64,000 nucleotides of DNA from Candidatus Schekmanbacteria bacterium (GTDB taxonomy: Bacteria > CSSED10-310 > JACPHN01): the NCBI GenBank assembly GCA_016188575.1, contig JACPHN010000228.1:35961-99960 (forward strand), given 5' to 3'. The notes beneath the pieces are model-generated. The model searched no databases and was not told the DNA's origin. It saw only the letters and a list, made by a program, of their open reading frames with translations. A program made the position numbers and the translations under genes. Every line of letters starts with the position of its first letter. The first letter of the stretch is position 1. Positions 55,001-61,437 of the stretch are shown one piece after another.

Positions 55001-56098
55001 GCGCTGTATGAGCGCGCGATCGCCATTTGCAGGGAGTGCGAGGATCACCTGGGAGAAGCGATACGCCTCAACAACCTGGCGCGGCTTCACTACCTGCAAG
55101 GCGCCTACAACAAGGCGCTGCAGCTATTTCGCGCCGCCATGGCCATCTTCAAGAGCTCCGGAGAACGACCCTCGGAGATGGCGGCCCTCAACAATGTCGC
55201 CCTGCTGTACCATGTCGGTGGTCGCCTGGAGGAAGCGCTGGAGATGTATCTGCAGGCGCTCGCCTTTGCGCGTGCGATCGGCGCCGGCGCGCAAATCTAC
55301 TCGACACTCTGCAACATCGCGGATGTCGAGCGTGCCAAAGGGCTGCTAGGTGCCGCTTTCGAGCACGCTCGCGAGGCGCTTGCCCGGTGCCGCGACGTGG
55401 GCAGCCCGCAAGATGAGGCGGCGGTGCTCATCTTGCTCGGCCGCCTGCATCTGCATGCAGGACAGCTCGACGAGAGCGAGGTCATGCTCGTGGCGGCGAG
55501 CGAGAATGCGGCGCGGAGCGGCTCCGTGGCGCTTGAGGCGGAGGCGCGCTACTTCCGAGTCTCGCTTTTGGTTATCCTGGGTCACTTGCAGGAGGCCCGA
55601 GCCGAGGTGCAGGTAGTGGCAGAGCTTGCGCAGCGCTCCGGGGTCGCGGAGCTGGCGCTAGCCGCGCGGGCGGCAGTGGCGCGCCTGGCGGATGCGCTCC
55701 CAGGAGAGGACGAGCTTGCGGCGCTCAGCGAGCGGGCCAGCGGCACCTGGGTGGCCGGGCCGCTTGCGGTCGATGTCGCTGAGGCGCTTCGGCTGCGCGC
55801 CCGGACCGCGGAAGCGGTGCGCCTGTTGTCGCGGCTTATTCCCGGGATCAGCGATCGCACCTATCGATTCCGCCTCCTCCATCTGCGATCGATGTCGCAT
55901 CTCGAGCGCGGGTCACTTCGGCTCGCGGCGGCAGATCGCCGAAGCGCCGGGGATGACGTGGCGGAGCTGCTGGCAGGAGTCCCCGCGGAGCTGCGTGCCA
56001 CGCTGGCCGCGCACCCGTGGGTGCGGGAGGTGCTCGGCGACGGCCAGGTGTCGCCGGCACCCCCCGCCATGCCTCCCCCCGCAAGCGGGGGGAGGTGA
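52085..56098 (+). CDS. Multidomain Ser/Thr protein kinase with a central AAA/STAND-like NTPase and C-terminal TPR repeats (~1,330 aa)
   Basis: Kinase blocks are LGRGGIGVVYRA, HRDLKPANIL and DFGL. The P-loop is FIGGASGSGKTRL. Numerous TPR-like repeats follow. The ORF-track start at 51545 overlaps the divergent activator gene and is rejected; the start is 52085 or 52124. Confidence 0.8.
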   Translation: MVPAAPRKSASTPMSTPNRPVQTVGPFELEEELGRGGIGVVYRARHRATGQAVALKTVRVPDLPMVASIRREIRALARVDHPGVVRIVADGVAAGIPWYAMEIVAGQRLDEYCRRFWLPRAAVVTAAAPVGSAASRTWVITTEAIEVPAAGLAAAASTPPAGAAPPPARQQPTDLGELLGVIIRVCQTLAYIHGESIVHRDLKPANILVKTDGSPVLLDFGLTVRSVGRSSREVLDAEAFQSVGTISYMSPEQIRGELVDARADLYSLGCILYELLTGKLPYAGSTPREILLGHLSSTPIPPAQLAAGIPSELDHLLLWLLAKEPRKRPGYATDVISALIRCGAFQAGMASAPVPRDYLYRPPFVGRTAAVQTLTGCLAELRRGRGSIVFIGGASGSGKTRLMVELTRLARQMVRALALVGESPMPVSPGAPEHWGCTSPLGALREPLRAIGDRCRQDGAAMTARLLGDHARLLAAYEESLAELPGVSALPSPAELPSDAAVVRLFAALLEAFAALADEQPLLLILDDLHWADDLTLQFLSFLCRGDYIKARPWLLVGTYRTEEAGRDLRLLADHSGVHHLQLEPLSEKEVGVLVREMLGLADEPTQFVDFLHSQCEGNPLFVSEYLRTAISQQLLRRTEGTGWHVVDAENAVGGPLYETLRLPRSLADLINRYLDSLGGPAREVLQAAAVIGRETDADLLVQTAGVAEPTTVEATVELLSRKVLEELQGGQLRFTHSKLREVAYGRIAPSRRQQLHGAAAAALSGRADAAAELAGTVARHYESAAMPELAAPYYVLAAERSLARYANREAGDFARRALDLGAASALDAAHHCRALLCLGAVRERAGDWVAACAAFEEAIGIAESARGKLYRQALLAYARLLTRAGDPARAVALSQRCLLLAEAAADLSLQARAHTLQGIAHGMKGEVAAATAFFEQALALGEASGDRDVISQALDHLADMHLQGGCAAEAEALYERAIAICRECEDHLGEAIRLNNLARLHYLQGAYNKALQLFRAAMAIFKSSGERPSEMAALNNVALLYHVGGRLEEALEMYLQALAFARAIGAGAQIYSTLCNIADVERAKGLLGAAFEHAREALARCRDVGSPQDEAAVLILLGRLHLHAGQLDESEVMLVAASENAARSGSVALEAEARYFRVSLLVILGHLQEARAEVQVVAELAQRSGVAELALAARAAVARLADALPGEDELAALSERASGTWVAGPLAVDVAEALRLRARTAEAVRLLSRLIPGISDRTYRFRLLHLRSMSHLERGSLRLAAADRRSAGDDVAELLAGVPAELRATLAAHPWVREVLGDGQVSPAPPAMPPPASGGR

Positions 56099-56153
56099 GC
56101 AGGGGAGCCGCATGCCACGCGGATTGAGCGAGCATGCGCCGCACGGCTCTCGA

Positions 56154-58649
56154 TCAGATCTCGCCGTCGAACGACCCGTTGGTCTGCACCCAGCTCTCCG
56201 TCGCGCCGGACGATACGTCCCACTTGCGCCCGTTTACGCGCAAGATGTCCGTGACCCGGTCGTCGTCGAACAAGCCCAGGTGAAGCTCATCCAGATCTGC
56301 ATCCGAGCTCGCGAAAGTCCGCTGCGTGCCGTCGGCATCGGTCCAGGACGTCGCCCAGCTCGCGGTTGCGCCGAACGAGACCACCCACTGGCCGCCATCC
56401 GCGATGCGCCAGACGTCCGCAATCCCATCGCCATCGAAATCGCCGAATCGCAGCTCGGCAAGAGGTGTGGACGATGATGCGAACGCGTGGCTGACGCCGG
56501 ATGCGTCCGTCCAGCTTCGTGTCCAGCTCCCGGTACCACCGAACGAGACCTCCCAGGTGCCATCGTCCTTGCGGTGAAAGATGTCGATGATGCGATCGCC
56601 ATTGAAATCGGCGAAGGCAAATGTGGAAAGCCCGTAGCCCGAGGATTTGAATGTCCTTGTGGTGCCCGTGCCATCTACCCACGAAGTTTGCCACGCGGTG
56701 GAGCCGCCGAACGACACTTGCCACTGGCCACCTGAGGCAACGTGAAAGACGTCGGTTTTGCCATCACCGTTGAAGTCGCCGAACCGCAGGTCGCTCAGGG
56801 GAATGCTCGAGGTGTTCAGAGGTTGGCCAGCGGTGCCGCTTTCGTCGCCCCATTCCGAGGTGCCGCCGAGCGACAGATACCAGTAGCCGTCATGAGCGCG
56901 AAACAAGTCGGCTTTTTCGTCGCCATCGAAATCGGCGCAGGCCAGCTCGGCGAGTAGCGCATCGCTTGCGTTGAGATGAGCCCAAACGACCTGTGCACCC
57001 GCGGAGATGAACCAACTGCGGCCTGCCGGGAGCAGGACGTCAGTGACGGCGTCTCCGGACAGATCGCAGAAGGCCAGCTCGCTGGAGTGATCTTCATCAT
57101 TCTTGTTGCCAGACATGGTCATGTTTTCGAAGCCGAAGCATTCATCGTTGTCACAGTTCTCGATGGCATAGGGAAACGTATCGGCCTCGATCTCAATGTC
57201 AGTTGCCATGTACTGGTGAACGAAAGTGTTATCTTCTACGATGGCCTCCTCCCTTGGAGTATTTCGGATTCGCACGCCTGCCGGCCCCTCATAGAGAATG
57301 ACATTATGATGTATGTACATCCATTCTCCGGCAGGACCTTTATCTCCATCATCTCCGTGCATATCAATGCTATGTTCGTAGTTTTCGTTCTGATCTAGGA
57401 TGAGATTGTAGCGGGCTTCATAACCGGAGCCTGCATTGCCGCTTCCGGCAATAGCGTGCCGGTTATCATCAAAAACGTTCTTCTCGATCAGTGCGTATCC
57501 GCCGTACACGACAACGCCGTAGCCGAGACCGTCACGCCGGTTGTGGTGAATGTAGTTGTCATGGATGTGCACGTCGGCGCGATGATCCTTGTCCGGGCCG
57601 CTCTCAGCTCGGATCGCGGCTCGGGACCAACCATAGAGCTCACAGTTGAACACTTCCATCTGGGTCGTGTCGATGCGAATGCCCTCCGAGTTGGGGGTGC
57701 CGTACCTGCAATCGGAGCTGTCTCGGCAGACCTCGGTGTCGGGGCCGTCGAGTCTCAACCCAGAGATGACGATATTATCTGAAGTCAAGGACAGCATTCC
57801 GTTCTCGGCGTCGAGATTGTCTGTTTTTATGATGCCGCCGAGCGAGCCATTTTCTCCTCGATCACCGCGTATTGTGATCGCCTTTGATATCTGCACTGGT
57901 GTAATACCGGTAAGGTCTATTGTCTTGTCTGAAGGAATAAAGATAGTGTCTCCATCGACAGACGTGTCAACTAGCTCAATGAAATCATCGGCATTATTAG
58001 CTACCGCTTCCTCAGACGAGTACACTTTTACATTATCGAGCGAGATTCCGTCAGTAGATATCGAATAGTTGTCATACTGCTGGAACGATATTACAGAAGT
58101 GCTCGTTGGATATATTGCTGCCTGTCTAAGACGAGAGGTAACATTTATGCGGTACGATTTCCATACATCATTTGTTTCTTCCTCAGGAACAATGTCGAAT
58201 AGCTTTATGAATGTTCCACCTCCGTTATTTGAGAAATAAATGCCGTCATCGGCGTTATTCTCATCTCCGAAGTCCTTCATCATGAACTCGAGGTATACAT
58301 ACTTGTCCGTATTCAGATTCAGGAACAGGTAGGCCGCATTGCGCGCATACGTTCCTTTTTGGTCGCTGTCGAAGGTAAGGTGGTACGTGCCTTCGTAGGG
58401 ACTGTTTGCCGATGTCACAAGCAGCCGACTCGCGGGGTCGAATTCATGCAGCTCCCAAAAGCCCAGGCGACTGCTTTCGAAGCCCGTCGAATAGGGTAGC
58501 GAGGCGTACGGACGACTTCTCGCCGCGTTGTTTGTGCTCGCCCGCCACGCATGTGCGGAGGCGAGGGAGAGCGCATGGCATACGGCGAGCGCCGGCAGGA
58601 GGGTGATCAAGGTGACCAGGAAGCGTGTTCTGAGCGACGTGTATGGCAT
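56154..58649 (-). CDS. Secreted protein (~831 aa): N-terminal domain, right-handed parallel beta-helix (pectate-lyase-fold) domain and C-terminal FG-GAP/VCBS repeats
   Basis: MPYTSLRTRFLVTLITLLPALAVCHALSLASAHA is a signal peptide (GGGAG site 8 nt upstream). Beta-helix-like repeats include NVFDDNRHAIAGSG. C-terminal DFNGDGKTDV and DFDGDGIADV motifs are FG-GAP-like. Confidence 0.7.
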   Translation of the reverse strand: MPYTSLRTRFLVTLITLLPALAVCHALSLASAHAWRASTNNAARSRPYASLPYSTGFESSRLGFWELHEFDPASRLLVTSANSPYEGTYHLTFDSDQKGTYARNAAYLFLNLNTDKYVYLEFMMKDFGDENNADDGIYFSNNGGGTFIKLFDIVPEEETNDVWKSYRINVTSRLRQAAIYPTSTSVISFQQYDNYSISTDGISLDNVKVYSSEEAVANNADDFIELVDTSVDGDTIFIPSDKTIDLTGITPVQISKAITIRGDRGENGSLGGIIKTDNLDAENGMLSLTSDNIVISGLRLDGPDTEVCRDSSDCRYGTPNSEGIRIDTTQMEVFNCELYGWSRAAIRAESGPDKDHRADVHIHDNYIHHNRRDGLGYGVVVYGGYALIEKNVFDDNRHAIAGSGNAGSGYEARYNLILDQNENYEHSIDMHGDDGDKGPAGEWMYIHHNVILYEGPAGVRIRNTPREEAIVEDNTFVHQYMATDIEIEADTFPYAIENCDNDECFGFENMTMSGNKNDEDHSSELAFCDLSGDAVTDVLLPAGRSWFISAGAQVVWAHLNASDALLAELACADFDGDEKADLFRAHDGYWYLSLGGTSEWGDESGTAGQPLNTSSIPLSDLRFGDFNGDGKTDVFHVASGGQWQVSFGGSTAWQTSWVDGTGTTRTFKSSGYGLSTFAFADFNGDRIIDIFHRKDDGTWEVSFGGTGSWTRSWTDASGVSHAFASSSTPLAELRFGDFDGDGIADVWRIADGGQWVVSFGATASWATSWTDADGTQRTFASSDADLDELHLGLFDDDRVTDILRVNGRKWDVSSGATESWVQTNGSFDGEI

Positions 58650-58894
58650 TTTTGGGCTCCCGCGCAAGATACCAGGATGCGAAAGGTATTTTTGGCGGTC
58701 CACGCTGCATGAATCGTACCAGGTGCGGGGGGGCGCCCGCACTGCCGGCGGAAGCGCCACGCGGCGATATTCTGGCGCCTCCATGGCGGGCCTCCGAACG
58801 CCGAAAGAGAGAAACGCCTGCAAACTATCGCCAAGTTCTTGCGTTTCACCGGTGCCCGGCAGGCTAGTTTGCCGGCCCGTCTTGGCCGTGTAAA

Positions 58895-61060
58895 CTAGCG
58901 TTCACGCCTGCGTCTCTCAGTCCTGAGCCGCAGCGACGTGCCGAGCAGCGCCAGGGAAGCGAAGATCAAGCTCGTGTCCACCGGGACCTCGCTCCCCTTT
59001 CCGGACACGTACAGCCCGGCATTCGTCGCGAGCCAGATGTAGATCGCGATCGGCCGCTGTCCCTCGCCCCAGGTGCACGAGGCTTGCGGCTGGTTGCTCA
59101 GGGCCTGAATGACCATGCCGGCGGGGCCGGCGTAGCTCGGCGGTCCCGTCAGCTCGGTGGCCTCGAACCCGACGCCATAGACGCTCTCGTCGCAACCGAG
59201 ATACACTTCCCGGGTGGTCTCGTCCAGGCTCATGGCCAGACAATACGCTTCCGGTAGCTCGGCCGGCACCCGCACCCAGGTGTTGCCGGCGTCGGTGCTG
59301 CGAAAGAACGCGGACAACACGCTCCCTTCCTGGCGTCTGCCGCCGGCGGCGAAGACGAAGGTCGGCTCGGCCGTCGAACGCTCGATTGCGGTGATCACCC
59401 AGGACGCTACCGCCCCCTGCGCTTCCTCCCAGACCGGATCCGCGGCCGCGGGATCCAGGCGGCGAATCCCCAGGTATTGCTGTTCCTGCCAGGAGGTCGC
59501 GGTCGAGCCGAGGCCGGCAAGCAGCAAGCCGGCCACCGGATTCACGGGCGAGGGGCCCGCCGCCAGCGCGTTCACGGGCCAACCGGCCGTGTCCGAGTCC
59601 AGGGCCCAGGTTGCCGGCGGGGAATCGGATCGCCACACTCCCAGCGGTTCCGTGATCTCGCCCGTGACGCCCAAAAAGAGTGGCGCATCGCCGAAGGCTG
59701 CAAGCGTCCAAAAGCGGCTGTTCGAGCCCCCGAGGTGCAGTGGGCTCAGGTAGTCAAGGCTCGTGCCGCCGTCCGCGGTGTGCGCGATGGCGTCGCTGGC
59801 AGCGTAGAGGTCATCGGCGTTTTCCGGGTCGAGCCCCAAGGCGTGAACCATGGGCAGCCCGGTTGCAAACGCCGTCGTGGTCCAGGTGTCACCGCTGTTA
59901 TCCGTGCGATACACACCACCGTGGCCGCCGACGTAGGTGCGGCCGGCGCAGCCCGCGGAGCGAATGGCAAAGACCGTTTGCGCCTCCAAGCCCTGATCCG
60001 CGGCGATCCACGGATTCGCATCGTCGGCAGCGGCTCGCAGCGCGATGCCGCGTACCGTCGAGGACAGGTGCTGGAAGGTCGTCGCGCCGAGCTCATCGAC
60101 GCCCAGAAACGTGGTCGGCTTCGGCGTCTCGGAAGATACGGGGTAAACGAGCCACGTCGCGCCGCCGTCGGTCGAATAGCGGTCCCCCAGGAAAACGTGC
60201 CCCTGGGAATCCGCGAACACGCGCCCCCGGTAGCCAGAGAAGCTGGTGATCTCCGCGAAGGTCTGGCCGCCATCGGTGCTCGTGTGCAAGCTGTCGAGGT
60301 AGATGGTGTGGGCGCCGGTGTTGGCGCTCGTGGTCCCCACTGTCGGCGAGGCCGCGCTTGCGAATGCCGCCGCGGGCGCTCCCGTCAGGTGCTCCCACAC
60401 CAGAGGTCCGGTGCCGACCGCGGCAACGCCGCGAAACAGCAGGTGAGCCCCGGTGGCAGGAACGTGCACCACGGCGTACACCACCCGTCCACCGTCGTAC
60501 GCCTTGATGTCCTGGAATACAGACGCGGAAACGATCGAGAAATCAGCGAGGACGCAGCTCTTGGTCCAGACACCGTCGCTGCCGCGCCGCCACAGCGCGC
60601 TTGGGGCGCCAAGGAGCAGCCGTCCAGTCCGGTCGATGGCAAGAAACGAAGCTCCGGGCTCCGGCAACGTGTCCTGTTGCCAGGTGCCGCCGCCGTCCGT
60701 CGAGCCGAAAAGGCGCACAGCGCCATCCATCTCGGTCAGCTCGTGCACTGCTCCGTTCGTCTGGTCGACCACTACGTACCCCCGGTTTTCCGTGGCGATC
60801 GCGTGCGACTGAGCCCAGGTGACGGGTTCCTCCGCGGCCGGCGGATCCGCGCGCCACACCGCGAACGGACCTTCCACGGCGACGTACATCCGGCCGTGGT
60901 AAACGCCCCCCGAGCGGTCAACCGCGACGGACAGCGGTCGCCCACCGTACAGCCCCGCGCTCTCCACCCCATAGAGTGTTCCTGCTGCAGACCGGTCAAC
61001 CTTGGCGATCGCGGCAATACCGCCGATCGCGAGCACCGCAGGTAACCACCAGATCTTCAT
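58895..61060 (-). CDS. Secreted BNR/Asp-box repeat (sialidase-like / Ycf48-like beta-propeller) protein with a C-terminal hydrophobic plus Arg-rich tail (~721 aa)
   Basis: Asp-box motifs are STDGGGTW, STDGGQTF, STDGGATW, TDNSGDTW and STDAGNTW. MKIWWLPAVLAIGGIAAIA is a signal peptide (GGGAG site 8 nt upstream). The tail is SLIFASLALLGTSLRLRTERRRRER. Confidence 0.7.
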   Translation of the reverse strand: MKIWWLPAVLAIGGIAAIAKVDRSAAGTLYGVESAGLYGGRPLSVAVDRSGGVYHGRMYVAVEGPFAVWRADPPAAEEPVTWAQSHAIATENRGYVVVDQTNGAVHELTEMDGAVRLFGSTDGGGTWQQDTLPEPGASFLAIDRTGRLLLGAPSALWRRGSDGVWTKSCVLADFSIVSASVFQDIKAYDGGRVVYAVVHVPATGAHLLFRGVAAVGTGPLVWEHLTGAPAAAFASAASPTVGTTSANTGAHTIYLDSLHTSTDGGQTFAEITSFSGYRGRVFADSQGHVFLGDRYSTDGGATWLVYPVSSETPKPTTFLGVDELGATTFQHLSSTVRGIALRAAADDANPWIAADQGLEAQTVFAIRSAGCAGRTYVGGHGGVYRTDNSGDTWTTTAFATGLPMVHALGLDPENADDLYAASDAIAHTADGGTSLDYLSPLHLGGSNSRFWTLAAFGDAPLFLGVTGEITEPLGVWRSDSPPATWALDSDTAGWPVNALAAGPSPVNPVAGLLLAGLGSTATSWQEQQYLGIRRLDPAAADPVWEEAQGAVASWVITAIERSTAEPTFVFAAGGRRQEGSVLSAFFRSTDAGNTWVRVPAELPEAYCLAMSLDETTREVYLGCDESVYGVGFEATELTGPPSYAGPAGMVIQALSNQPQASCTWGEGQRPIAIYIWLATNAGLYVSGKGSEVPVDTSLIFASLALLGTSLRLRTERRRRER

Positions 61061-61437
61061 GAGATTTTTCTCCCTGTCCATCAGGCACGGCGCAGACCAT
61101 CCTATTTTCGCTCGCCAGCTTGCACAACGGCGGCGAACGGCCCTGCCGAGTCCCGCGATTACTGTTTTCCGGACCTTATTCACACCGCGTGCCAGCAGAC
61201 GGATTGACTGAGATTGCCACCGGTTGCACGTTCCATCTGGCGGTATCGTGTACCTTGCACACTCTGCCGAGGCGTGGGCGTTGCGTCGTGTCAATTGCAC
61301 GACAACCCGGCGCTCTGTGCCCGGTGGTGTGCAGCCTGACGCGGCTGCTTTCGTTGGCATGCTCGTTGCTTCCACGGCAACAAAACTCATTCACAGCGGC
61401 GGTACGCCGCAGCCTCGCCAAACAGGAGAAAACGATC

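Noticed and set aside
58650-58894. Possible sigma-54 element (TGGCGAtagtTTGCA on the minus strand) upstream of the beta-helix gene
   Set aside because: The spacing is one base short (11 bp), so it is a weak match only.
59477-61045. 522-aa plus-strand ORF antisense to the BNR-repeat gene
   Set aside because: The minus frame has five Asp-box motifs and a signal peptide. The antisense frame is an Arg/Gly-rich artefact.
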